A DNA stretch of 63,628 nucleotides, filler included, from Jimgerdemannia flammicorona (Eukaryota): the NCBI GenBank assembly GCA_003990765.1. It is 2 parts of 2 records of this genome, joined end to end, with 100 filler letters (N's around TTAATTAATTAA, not from the genome) between each part and the next. Parts side by side here need not be neighbours in the genome. Positions count along the whole stretch, not along the records: positions 31,865 to 63,628 come from RBNJ01000381.1; 1 more part is not named here. The stretch is one strand, 5' to 3'. Position numbers and translations under genes: made by a program. The notes beneath the pieces were generated by a model. The model was not told the DNA's origin. It saw nothing but the letters and a program-made list of their open reading frames with translations, and did not search any database. Within the stretch, counting starts at the first letter, position 1, and each line of letters starts with the position of its first letter. This document shows positions 50,134 to 62,069 of the stretch, piece after piece.

Positions 50134-52100
50134 ATGAACCAGTTCCTTTTGGCCAGAGAGCTTGGCCTCGACCCTCCTTCCATCCTCAAGACTGCTGAGA
50201 TAACCCGCAGGGTATACGCTATTGATCTCAGCCCTACTAAAGATGTCACAAGGACGCACCAGGCTTCTGTGAACTGCCTCGACATCGAGGCCGTGGAGAG
50301 CAGATAGTGGGTATCGTTTGCCGGTTGCAACGTTTCTAGCAGTAGATTTGCAAAGACATTAAAGTCCGTATTCAAATTGGTTCATAGCATGCTTTCAGGT
50401 GGTGCAGATGCAACAGTATATCTGTATGATCTGGAGGAGCCGCTTAATACCGAAAAATTCATGATACGGTCACTTGCTAGTGTGCCAAGGTGAGCATCGT
50501 GCTTCCATATCATCTTGTGCATTTAACCATTGAGCTTATTTTCACACATTATTGGATTTATGCGATTGTTTAACCGTTTGAATGAGCCAGTCGTCTTACA
50601 GTTTGTACCCCTTCTCCGTCGTAGAAACGTAGGCCACAAATATGGCGTTTCCGGCGTGTCGTGGTACCCATTCGATACAGGTCTCTTTATCACTTCTTCC
50701 TTTGACCACACCGTGAAAGCGTGGGACACGAACACAATGCAGGTAAGACATAGGCACTCTTTAGTTTCACACCGGCATCCGTCCAATATCGTCGCTCCTC
50801 CCGTTGATTTACATGAATCATGACCCCCAGGAAGCCTGCACCTTCGATCTCGAGACAAAGGTGTACTCGCACGCGATCTCACCCATCGCATCCCACTGCC
50901 TAGTAGCCGGTTAGCATCTAACCTCTCCTCCGTTTATCCAGTTGAATGTCCTGACTTTTATAATCACGTCACCGTCTATCCGTATCAGGTGTCTCCGCCA
51001 ACCCACGGATCCGCCTTTGTGACCTCCGCACCGGTGCGTTCACGCACTCGCTCCCTGGCCACCGCGGGGCCGTCATGGCCGTGAGGTGGTCGCCGCGCGA
51101 TGAGTTCACGCTGGCGTCCGGAGGGTATATATTAACACACAGAATTGCGTTTCGGTTGTTTTGCGGCGGTATTGTGATGGTTTTGTATGCAGAGTAGAGT
51201 CTTTGATAATAATGTCTGCCGACATCATAGGACGGACCACACAGTCCGGATATGGGATATCCGTCGATCGACCGCGTGCTTGGTCTCTTTGGATCAGCAC
51301 AACACTGGTAAATATTCTCTCCTTCATGCCTCGGCTGTCGTGCACTATTCTCCTATTCTCACTGTATCTTTTTAACTTCAAACACCATTCAGATGCCGAT
51401 CCTCTCTCCCCCACCAACGTCGCCCATGGCGATGCTGTCACAGGCCTTACCTTCACGCCGACAGGGCATCATCTCCTCTCGACCTCACACGACGAACGCC
51501 TTCGCCTCTGGGACGCCTGGACAGGGCGCAACACCTTGGTCAACTACGGTCCCTACATTCGCAATCGGTTCGACCAGGCTCTGGCGCCCGTCGTCGTCTC
51601 CGGTGGCGGGGGGTTGGGGAGTGCCGCGGGTGCCACTGGTTGTGATCCCCCGCTCGTATTCCATCCGAGCGACGATCATCAGATTCTGGTGTTTGACATG
51701 TTTAGGGGGAAGCTATTGAAGAGGCTGAGGGGCGCGTATGGAAGAGTCACTTGTATTTGTTGGAGGCCGGATAAGGAGGTGGGTTGGTGGAAGGGAGGGG
51801 TGTGGATGCAATGCAAGGTACTTTGGATATTGCATGGTTGCTTAATGGTCAAATCCGTTACTTGATCCACTTCCACTTCCAGGAGCTGTACAGCGGATCC
51901 AACGACCACGAGATCCTCGTGTGGAGCCCGGTCGTCTCCAAAGCCGACATCGACCAAACTCCTGTGGTATGTGACATTTCTTCTGCTTTTCCGAAGCTTA
52001 CAAAGACATGGCATACAAGCAACACATGTCTAAGGACTTGCAAACACTTTCCAATACTGGCTCAAAGGCCCAAATGGACACATGGAGCGACGATGACTAA
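50134..52100 (+). CDS. ERCC8: DNA excision repair WD40 protein ERCC8/CSA (Rad28), multi-exon
   Basis: [89 protein letters not shown], and the DTWSDDD terminus. Confidence 0.92.
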
Positions 52101-52599
52101 CCGGACCAATCTCTCCGGATTATGCCGCTGCCGTTCACCATTGACGCAGTTCAATCTTCGCATCTGGGTGCGGCGATCGCGTTGGGCGTCATTGATGCGT
52201 CTCGACCCGACACGACGAAGGACGGCCACGATCCTTGTTTGATAATATATTTCCGGTCCCAGCTTTGAGGGCAAGGCAATGATGGCGCTGCTAAATTGAC
52301 ACTCGGAAGCACATACTTGAGGGACGAAGATTCAATGGAGTAGGCGCACCATATTGATGCCAATGAGGTTTGGGTATTAAGTGGTCAACGCATAACGTCA
52401 GTTTGGCTATTCGTTGTGGTGACACGAGGTTTTGGTTCGTTCTTGAGTCGCCAATACTGAGGACCACCTGTGGCATGCATCACACTCGTCGGCTAGCATT
52501 TCCGAAGATTGGATGAATCAATAAGATTATGTATGCAATCCGGGATGTTTCGCAGACAAGAGGATTTAATACCAACATGTCTTATTTAATGCTCGAGTT

Positions 52600-54050
52600 G
52601 TCGGACACGCTTGAAGTGATGGCAGACAAAACCAGAATCAATCTTAGCGCTTCGCTCAGCTCGATCCAAGAGAGCCGAGCACGTTCTGGGAGGAGATAAT
52701 AAAAGAAAATGGTGGCCTTCGAGAAGCACATCAACCAAAAACTACCATAACTAGAAAAGTGCTCTCTCCCACCAAAAAGTTCGAGAACTCAACACGACAT
52801 GGTAGACGGTATGGGTCCCAAAAACAAATCGGCTCTTGCATGATACAGTATCGTACATGTATGGAGTAACTAGTCGCGATCAAAGGGAAGAAACTACACA
52901 CCCTTTTTCATGGGTGCCGTTGTCTTGGTGTTACCCATTTGAGGAATGCTTCTTGAAAACGAGTTCGCCCTGCCAAGGACCGGAATCAATCAGTTACCTA
53001 AAGGCTAACCAAAAACACAATTTACGCTTGCGCGGCCAGCTTTTTCGTTCAACGCCCGGCAGGAGGGAAACGTAACTTTTGAGCCTTCTTGTGGGACTAC
53101 GCTCACTCCTACAGTAACGTGATACTCGCCTTACCGTACACAGCGAGTCGAATAAGCTGTAAGAATCGGTGGCGGATCTATTTTCAAAGAATTCCTATCT
53201 CCCGAGCCTTCATTGTCAGGTCACGCTCGCTCCTACGGCGACGTAGGACTCAATGTGATTTGTACCGGTAAGCTTGGGTTGCAAACTTTGCCTTGTCGTG
53301 TATCTCAGAGCACGGCCTCGTGCATTAAATATACGCTTGATGAGGGTTCGAGGAATAACGTATTCGTCCTAACACTGCTTTATCTACGTCAACACCCGAT
53401 CCATTCGTCCCGCTTTCAAACAAAAATCCTAGCCTCTAAAGTGTCCAGACTCGGCAGCAAAGTCTCTTCAAACGTCCCAAATCTCTTCCTCCAGTATCCT
53501 CTCGTGGATGCACGCACCGCAAACGCCTCGACCGCAATCCCAACCCTATCTCAGCAACCACAGGGTTAGGTTTAAGGTCCGGGCGGGCATTTGCGGAGAT
53601 GTATCGGTCTATCGACGAGTATGACACTCGCTATTTTCCCCACGTGGCAAAACGGGCTTCCCGTGGTCATAGTGTTCGAAGACCTCCAGAAAAGGGTCTT
53701 CGCATGATCGAGCCAGTGTTATTGAGCGGTCGACAGACCATTTGTACAAAAGCGCGTTCGTTACAGGTGGGGAATAGCTTGTCTGCATCGACCTAAGCTC
53801 AATACCATTCTGGAGGTCCAAATGTGGGGCGCGGACCCCTACACCGGACGGAAACCTCGGCTGTTTGAACAAGTGGCATTCGATGGGTCACCTCACAAGG
53901 ATACATACGTTTTGGTGCGCCATGCTGAACACGTTCCTTGGAGCTCCACCGAAGATTACCATGGGAATCGCCAGTACGCTCGACCACGGTAGCAGCCGGT
54001 GCCTAAATCATGACACGAAAGAGTTGGTAGGGAAAAAATGGAACGAAAAA
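52600..54050 (-). ncRNA. Candidate long structured non-coding RNA (identity unknown; telomerase-RNA-like features)
   Basis: At least ten 6-11-bp stems, several nested, with G-U pairs only on the minus strand. No credible ORF. Promoter-like cluster just upstream. Boundaries approximate. Confidence 0.4.
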
Positions 54051-54071
54051 TGAGCTACTCGCGCTCTCAGT

Positions 54072-54130
54072 CTTATTTAAAGATTTGGCAAGTGTCTACT
54101 TTGGCCAATCAGAAACCTATATGACGTCAT
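54072..54130 (-). promoter_or_regulatory. Promoter-like cluster: CRE palindrome, CCAAT box and TATA-like element
   Basis: ATGACGTCAT 54121-54130, CCAAT 54105-54109 and TTTAAATA (minus) 54074-54081, all between two convergent gene ends. Confidence 0.4.
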
Positions 54131-54312
54131 CTACCCAAACAGCGATATATAGATGCTAAAAATAGCATATTAACATCTACAACAAACGTCAATCTATGAA
54201 TGAATAGTGCGAACCCGGAAGGTGAGGGATTATATATGTACATAACATGCAAGAGAGAGTCTTCCCGTGCATGCATAAATATTGTACTTTTCCAAACCAG
54301 CAAATTATGCAG

Positions 54313-56502
54313 TCACTCTTTGATATGCATCGGCAACTTCTCGTACAGTCCTTTCCCATGACCGTGACCATGACCATGGCCGTGTCCCTGACCGCGGGTA
54401 AACTTGTAGTAGTTGTAGGCGATGATGCCTGCAATGGAAACGAGGAGACTAATGCATGAAGGGAGCGAAGCAAAGCGTAGTGTGTTCAAAATTAGCATTT
54501 AAACCCGCGAAAACGAGAGAAATACACACTATACACAGCACAGCCGAAATACCTACCCAAGCAGATTGACAGGCGTCAGTACATCGCCATAGATCAGTAC
54601 CGACAGCGAGATGATGACGACTTCCTTGCTGATGCCGGCGACACTCAGCGTAATGGTACTCGTACTTTTGATAAGGTAGAACTCGGCGATCGTCATGGCG
54701 AAAGCTATGACGAGGTTCAGAACCAGAGGTGAGTTAGAAATGATGGCGATTAGGTCACGTAGGTATCAGGCCTTGTCCCGCACAATCAGAAGTCCGCTCG
54801 TCAATTCCTCTCGCCTATACCACCACGCCTATCCCCCCGTGCCAGCATTTTATACATGAAAAACAGCCAACACCAGCCAAACAAACCCAAGGATCCATCT
54901 CACTTACCCAACAACCCCCCAATCCCCATCAACCCGAATGTCTCAGCAGCAGTGTAGAATCCGTCGAAATGCTCCGAGTTCCTGAACTGCCCCACGGGAT
55001 CCTCAAATAGCAGGCTCATGACCGTCATGAATATGAACATGATGGGACTGAGGTAGTAAAGCGTGGCGACGGGGTTGTCCATGCCAAGGCTATCGGCCTG
55101 CAGCAGAATCTGGGTCAGGCTCCACCTCAGGCCCGAGACAACGGCAGCGATAAGGACAAGAACGAAGCCGGTGAGGTTGAATGCGGTCTCGCCGGCGACG
55201 GTGAGAATGACGCCGGCGACCATGACGACAATGATGAAGATGAGCTGCAGCCGTGGCCGCTCCAGGCCGAAGGCGAAAGCGAAGACGAGCACCCAGATGG
55301 GGGTCGAGGACTTGACCATAGTGTAAAAGGAGAGGGTGATATAAACTAGGGAGGCGTTTGCCGTGCAGATCTCCAGAGCCGCGGCGAGACCGCAGGGGAC
55401 CTGGAGTGAGGAGGATGAAGGAGAAGGAAGAGGAGGAAATGTGATGTGATTCTCTGATAGGAATATCCGTAATAGTGCCATGATGAGAGCTTCAGGCTTA
55501 ATCTCAACGATTCGAACCCCTGCTTCTTTTGGTGTTTTCCTCTGATCAATGCCCCAACATTATCACGCAGAGTTCAATAAAAAATGAGAGTAAAAAAAAA
55601 ACCCCCCAACTACCCCACCCCCCCACCCCCCCCCAAAAAAAAAAAAAAAAATTCCCCAGTAAACTGAACCGTGTACTCACCACTTTCGTAAAATAATCCC
55701 TTACACTCACTCTCGACGCCGGCCCGCCCTTGCCCCCCGCGCCCTTCCCCGCCCACCTAGCGCCTCCAAAACTCATCATACAGCCAGTGATGAGCCAGTG
55801 CAACCCGGTGTGGATAGAGCTAACCATGAGCGGGAAGTTGAAGTTGAACCTGTCGCGGCCCATGAGGTTCTTGTTGTACAGCGACAGCGACGTGGAAAAG
55901 AAGTACCACGCGATGATATACGACAGGTTCTTCGCTGCGGAGGCCGACGTCGGGTACAGCTGCGGTACGGGCGACGCCGGGTGATGGATGGTGATGCTGA
56001 CGGTGGGCTTCTCCGACATCGCCAACATTGACGACGATGACGGAAGGGGCACGGGGAGGGGGAGGAACGGCTTCTTGGGCAACGAGAGCGCCGGCGACGG
56101 GCCCGCGACGACGCCCGAATGAGGCCCCGGGACGTTGCTAGTCGGGTTGGACCTCGACGGAGTGGGAACCGGCGGCAGGAGGAGCGAGGCTGCACCGTCC
56201 TTGGCCTGCTTGCCGGGGAGGTCGAACGAGGGGAGTGACCCACGTCTGCGTTTCTGGTGAATATTGGTGGGTTGCTGAGGCGAGCGTGACTTGAACACGG
56301 TGATCTCGTCGCCCGCGACGTCAGCTGAGTCGGCGGGCGTGGGTGCGGTTGCGGGGCGTTTCGTGCGCGCGAAGGTCGGGCCAGAGGTTGCGGTCGAGGT
56401 CGCCTCGCGGACGTCGGCGTGGATGGCGGAGCGGTCGGGGATGTCGTCGCTCTGGCGAACTTTGTTGTCGACGCGGGGCGGGTCGAGTTGCTTTGGAGGC
56501 AT
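54313..56502 (-). CDS. Triose-phosphate/nucleotide-sugar transporter family protein (SLC35C2/YMD8-like), multi-exon
   Basis: WYFFSTSLSLYNK, FNFPL, ITLSFYTMVKSSTPIWVLVFAFAFGLERP, SGLRWSLTQILL, NPVATLYYLSP and STITLSVAGISKEV. Confidence 0.9.
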
Positions 56503-57045
56503 TTGTACGGCTGCTGGTATTGGCTCTACGGGGTAGAGAGAATTCAGGGGATCGAGGTCGCTGAGAAGGGTTTGCGACGCTGGTTATTCACAAAGGGGAA
56601 AGGGGGGTTACTAGCGAGTCAAAGTGTTTGTGCTGCCAGAATAAGACACGTAAGTCTATATACAATTACGCAGTTACAGCTGACTGAATAGGCAACCATT
56701 CTACAAATCTGGCCCGTACCGCTCGTCCGGCTCTTGTCGAACGCAACTCGAATCAATTAGTGGTAAGGGGTCACTATCGTCACGTTAATTATGACAAAAT
56801 CCATGCTACATCGCGCCTCATGGCAAGAAGGTCCCATCAAAGTGGCATTATCCATACTTATGTAAGGACAACTCAACAGGGATTTTGTTCTAATGGATTA
56901 TTTACATGCCTTGTTGCGATGCTCATTTAGATCATACTCAATTTAATGTACAAGAAGTATTCTGCAAGATTGCAAAGCGACGCCCAGAACAATCCGACCC
57001 ACTCACGCTTCATGTCCTCCATAACATATCTCATCGCACCTCACT

Positions 57046-57831
57046 CTAAAACAGCAACTCCCCGCCCTGCCCTGACCCGGTGCCACCTCCCTCCCCATCC
57101 CAGTTCACGATCCCCAACGCCGCGCCCGTCAACTTAGCAATTCTCTCCCGCTGCCACTGAGCCGCCTCTTCCGCGTCCACAGGCTCCGGCGCCCCTTCGG
57201 CCTCGTCCTGCTCGGCCTCGCCCGCGTCCAGGTCCATGCTCATCACGCCGAGCGCAGGTATCGCCGCGGGGGCCGCCATGGCGGGCGTGGATGCCGGTCC
57301 CGCCGTCGCAGCGGCCTCGGCCTGCGCAATCTGCTGTTGGCGGAGCTCGAGTTCTAGGATACGTTTAGAGTTTTCCTAAAGGGGTGTGGTGGATGTGAGT
57401 TGTGGCAGGGCAAGGTAAAATATCCCATGTCAAGCTGCCCAGATATCGGGAGCCGCTACCACATTAACTGAGGGAAGGGACATGCTCACCAGCGCGAGAT
57501 AGATCTGATCGCACACCTTGTTCACGTTCTCCCATGAAATGATTGCATTATTGATCACCGAGTACGGCGCCTTTTGCGTGATGTGATAGATACCCCTAAT
57601 TCGTATTGGGGCGAAGAGGATAACGGGAATTGTTAAACGAGCACAGAATTAGAACGGATTTCGAATAGGATCCCGTTTTGGACAATTCTCCAAAGAATCA
57701 AGACTCCATCCTCACTTTGTTTTTTCCTCGACGATGTGTTGGAGGATTTGGATGCTGGGCAGTTGAATGTCCTGGTTGAGTTTGTAGGTAGGGATTGAGT
57801 GGGAAGAAATTGAGTCAGTATTCCTAGCCAT
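57046..57831 (-). CDS. 183-aa three-exon protein, possibly Mediator subunit MED29/Med2-like
   Basis: Exons 57831-57716, 57595-57490 and 57375-57046 splice in frame via GT-AG. WENVNKVCDQIYLALENSKRIL resembles the MED29 CDQL helix (recalled, not searched). Confidence 0.65.
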
Positions 57832-58153
57832 GGAGCGAAGGAACTTTCTGCCTCAAACAAGCTCCCCGCTGGCAACCTGCACGAACTCACTGACTCAACC
57901 ATCCCCCTCAACTTGTCGATTTCCAGATGCAACGGCCTAGTGGCGCTCCTCTGGGGCTGTGAGGGGGGGATTCCCGGAGGATGGTGGGTTTGGCGCGGGT
58001 GGGCACCTTGTTGAGCGGGAAGGGGTTTCGGAGGCATGGTCAGGTCGATGCTTGTTGGGACAAAGGGGGAACCATGTGGTGACATCACCAATACCTCACC
58101 AACTTAAATTCCCCAGCCACGAGGGCTTAGCTCGCCCTCTTTTCTCGACCCGC

Positions 58154-59242
58154 ATGCTCACCTCGCTGCCGCCCGAGCTCTTCCTCGTCGTCCTATCCTA
58201 CCTCGACTTCCACGACGCAGAGACCCTCCTCTATGTCTCCACTCTTCTCCGCACCCACACCCTCCACCACCTCCACTCCGTCTTCCCTTTCGAGGCAAGC
58301 GTGACCTCCCTCCTCTCCAGCTTCGACACTCTCCCCCCGCCCGACCGCCACAACCCCGCCCTCCTCACCGCCCTCGCATCTCAGCTCCTCGACCAAATCC
58401 GCGTGGCCGTCGAGGCCCAGCCCAAGTGGAATCACCGTGCCTGCTTTATCGACCACCTCGACACCCTCCAGCACCTCGTCCTCCGTCGCCTCACACACCC
58501 GCGCTACCCACAACCGGGCCTTGAGCGTCGATACGCAGAGCTCTGCCTTCAGGTTCGCCAGCTCTACCTCCATTCCCCGGCCCTCCGCCTCCTCCATGAC
58601 CCGAAATACCGCCGCCGCTCCACCCGTTTGCCCTCGGCACCCTTCCTTCCGCGCGAATACATCGACCGCTGGCGCCGTAACTGCCAGGAGTCCGCCCTTG
58701 ACTTTCCCGTCATCTCCCTCGCCGACCTTCAGTCCGGCCGCTTCCGCTTCCCACTCCCACCAATCTTCTCCCAGCCGGCCCCGGGCTTCCCGCTCGCCAG
58801 CCTCCCAACCTACGACGCCATCCTGCAACGCCGCTCGCGCCGCCTCGCCTTCGCCCGGTTCTACGGCGCCCTCTTCCACGTCTCCAGCATCTACCTCGAG
58901 TCCCACCTAGACGGCACTATGGAGGAATGCGTCCGTGAAGCCCTCGTCTCGGGCGACGTCGAATCTCTGCTCGAGATGTACACTGCCGCGGGGCGCGATA
59001 TCGATGTCGACGTACTCTGCGCTATGGTTACTAACGCTGGAGAACAGCTCTACACGTACCTGAATGACCTGCCGTCAGGAGCGCAGCAGCAAGAAGGTGG
59101 GGCTGATGGAGAGGCAAATCAGCTATCCGTGTATGAGATGCCCGAGTGGTTGCGGCCTGAGAGGTATCAGGTGCGGGACGAGGTCGTGCTGAGGCTGAGG
59201 GTGTTAGCGTGGTTGAGGAAGATGGGGTGGGAGTGGGATTGA
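58154..59242 (+). CDS. F-box domain protein (single exon, 362 aa)
   Basis: N-terminal MLTSLPPELFLVVLSYLD...L..VS F-box motif and a long GC-rich ORF. Confidence 0.8.
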   Translation: MLTSLPPELFLVVLSYLDFHDAETLLYVSTLLRTHTLHHLHSVFPFEASVTSLLSSFDTLPPPDRHNPALLTALASQLLDQIRVAVEAQPKWNHRACFIDHLDTLQHLVLRRLTHPRYPQPGLERRYAELCLQVRQLYLHSPALRLLHDPKYRRRSTRLPSAPFLPREYIDRWRRNCQESALDFPVISLADLQSGRFRFPLPPIFSQPAPGFPLASLPTYDAILQRRSRRLAFARFYGALFHVSSIYLESHLDGTMEECVREALVSGDVESLLEMYTAAGRDIDVDVLCAMVTNAGEQLYTYLNDLPSGAQQQEGGADGEANQLSVYEMPEWLRPERYQVRDEVVLRLRVLAWLRKMGWEWD

Positions 59243-59591
59243 GCAGGGGGGTCGGAGACGAGGGATCCCAGTTTGGTGGAGTGGGTATGGGTATGAAGCA
59301 ATAATGGGAGTTTGAGAATTTGATTTTACATAACCGCATGTGTTTATGTGGTATCCCGAGTGCCAGATACTTGGTGTTCATAAGCATACTCAACATGCAT
59401 GTCTTCCCTCCTCATAATGTACTGGAGAATTCAAGCTCTATTGTTTCGCTGATGTATTGCTCTATTTTTTCAACCCATATCAGAGATACATACATCTGAT
59501 TAGAACCGTCTAAACAAATTCTCCCCACAGAAAAGCAAAAATATGACTTCAAACAAAACCTAAAACTGGAACTGAATAGCAGAGATCACTC

Positions 59592-61441
59592 TTAATCATC
59601 GTCCTCGACCCCTTCCATTTTCCCCAGTTCATAATCCTCCCCCGCAGCCTTCCTTCCGCTCCTCCTCCCCGCATGCCCATTCCCGTTCCCATTTACACTT
59701 CCCATCAAGCCGGCTCTCTCTGCCATCTCGCCCTCGGCCCCTTCCTCCTCATCTTCGGTCTCAAGCAGCTGGAACCCGTTCATGCGCTTCGCGCCGGCGT
59801 CGACGTAGCCGGTCAATGTCTGCCATAGGGTGATGAGGACGTGGGCGTACAGGAAGACGAGGAAGGCCGCGGAGACGATGACGTTGGCGTATGAGGTTAT
59901 GTCCACGTCACCGTTCACGAGGATCCGGAGCTGCTCCTCCGTCGAGGCCATGAAGAGGAAGCCCGCCATGATGAGCATCTGATATAGAGAGAAGGCGAGA
60001 GGGTTGAGGGACGAGTGAGTCCTGGTAATTGCAACGATAATAGGAACCAATACTGGCAAAAACGCCAATCCCATTCCTCCTCCTCTCCCACCGCCCAACC
60101 TCTCATACATACCACAGGCGGCAGATGCTGCCACGGATTAATTCTATCGACGCCCTCCTTCCATACAAACGCGATCTCGATAACCCTGGTGACAGCGGCG
60201 GTGCCGAGCGAGTACCCAAAGTACGAGTGAATGACGCCGGACATGCTGCTAGTGGCACCATGCTGCGCGTGGCCCACCATAGCGATGCCCGTGAACATAA
60301 TGACGAGCGACGGGATCACGTTGCGCTGCCGATTGCGTGCCAGCCAGATCCCCACGGCACCGCCAGCCCACCATAGAATCCCCAGGGACGTGTGTTGGTA
60401 ATCGCCGTGGTTCCAGGGCGTGCCCCAGCTGTAATTGGGGTGGGAAATCAGGAGCTTTCTTGTGTGCGAAGAAGAGGAAATAATGGATAAACAAGGAAGC
60501 ATTATGAATGAATGGTTAGCATACCGATGCTCTGTGAACGTGTTGACGATGCCCCACAGCATGATGGCCCAGCTATCGTACCACTCTTGCGAGCGGCCGC
60601 GGTGGCGTAGCCAAGGCCCACCGACACGCAGCATGAGGATCATAATGATACCATAGCCCGCGAAGGACGAGCCCATGATGAAGTGGGCCAGGCATTGGCC
60701 CGTCATCTCTAGAGAAGCAAAGGCGAAGTCATGAACGTTAAAAAAAGACGGCCCAGTTAGAGGGCCGTGGAGAATCGTATTGCCAAATATTGTGCGGTGA
60801 GACAACCAAACAGGCCGTAGATACCAATCAATGAAACGTAACCCACCTCCATAACAAAATCCGACGCTCGCAATCACCCCCAGCACCATCTGCGTGTACC
60901 CCAACACCGGCACCATCACGCCAACCCACCCGTGCGCAGCAACTATCACCCTCCTAATCCGCATATGCATCCCATGAGTCCAGTGCAGCTTGAGATACAC
61001 GCCTGCGGCGATCTGGCCAGCCAGGGTCCATATGACAACGTAGGCGAATCCGCGGTGGGCGTTGTGAGGCTCAAAATTTCGTCCGTGGTGGGCATGTGCC
61101 AGGAAGTAACCCATGGCCAACAAAACAGTGGCCAGGGTCTGGACGGGGACATGCCAACGCGAGCGAGCCAGGCCGAGGACCATGCCGAAGGGATATAGGA
61201 TGCCGAAGGCGAGGCACTGGACCAAGATGTGTAGCCACATGACGGAGTCGAGCGGATCGTCGGTCACGGCGCTCGAGATCCAAGTCTCGGCAGGGAGGTT
61301 GTGATGGTCGTGGCCGCCCTTTTGCTCGTGGTCGCCCATCTCGTCGTGGTCTTCCTCCTGGGCGAGGATAGGGCAGACGAAGAGCAGGAGATGCAGAAGA
61401 AGGGAGATGAGAAGGGCCCGTGAGGTCGGGATGAGCGGCAT
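59592..61441 (-). CDS. YTP1-like multi-pass membrane protein (signal peptide, His-rich N-terminus), multi-exon
   Basis: HILVQCLAFGILYPFGMVLGLARSRWHVPVQ, GQCLAHFIMGSSFAGYG, WGIVNTFTEHR, DYQHTSLGILWWAGG and GFLFMASTEEQ. Confidence 0.85.
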
Positions 61442-61609
61442 AATGTATGTGTGCACGCGTCTGAGTAGAGGAGCTCACTGGTTGTCAAAAGTATCTGTCC
61501 TCGAAGTGTCCATAAGGCATATATATAAGGCATAGAACTTGTGGCTGGTCACGTGCGGACAAATAAATTCCGGCTTGAACTTGCATGTGATAGATTACTT
61601 ATCCCCTCC

Positions 61610-61968
61610 ATGGCCACCTCGAACCAGGTTCTCTTTCATTCCTTTCAGCATTCCTCCCCTCATCCAAACTGTCTCTTACAAACCACCACCTCCAACTCAC
61701 ACAGATCACCGTCCTATTTTTCGCGTCTGCCGAAGACGCCACCGGCCTCGCTTCAGAATCCCTCGCCCTCCCCCCCCCCAGCAACCCGCTGACCCTCGCC
61801 TCGCTTACCGCCATCCTCGTCGAGAAACACGGCACAGCCCTGAAAAAGGTCATCGACCACTCCCTGTACGCCGTTAACATGAAATATGTCGACAAGGAGC
61901 GCGAGGCCGAGACGAGCCTGAAGGCAGGCGACGAGGTGGCCATCATACCCCCCGTGAGCGGTGGCTGA
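61610..61968 (+). CDS. MOCS2A: Molybdopterin synthase sulfur-carrier (small) subunit, two exons
   Basis: MATSNQ / intron / ITVLFFASAEDATG...YAVNMKYV...LKAGDEVAIIPPVSGG-stop, a MoaD-type C-terminal GG. Confidence 0.93.
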
Positions 61969-62069
61969 CTTGCCGAGGAGAAAGGGGATGTCTGCATGTT
62001 GCGGGGTTTGAGTGTGCTGGAATCGTGGGTAATAGTGCATAATCGTGCCGATCTGTCTAAAGTCATATT

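Noticed and set aside
52600..54050. RNase P/MRP, U1/U2/U3, SRP or tRNA identity for the structured region
   Set aside because: I could not find their conserved signature sequences by eye.
58193..58910. Overlapping 237-aa antisense and 157-aa alternative-frame ORFs
   Set aside because: Expected by-products of high GC3 in the F-box gene.
61968..62066. Bicistronic MOCS2A/MOCS2B arrangement as in animals
   Set aside because: No MoaE-like sequence follows the small-subunit stop before the AT island.
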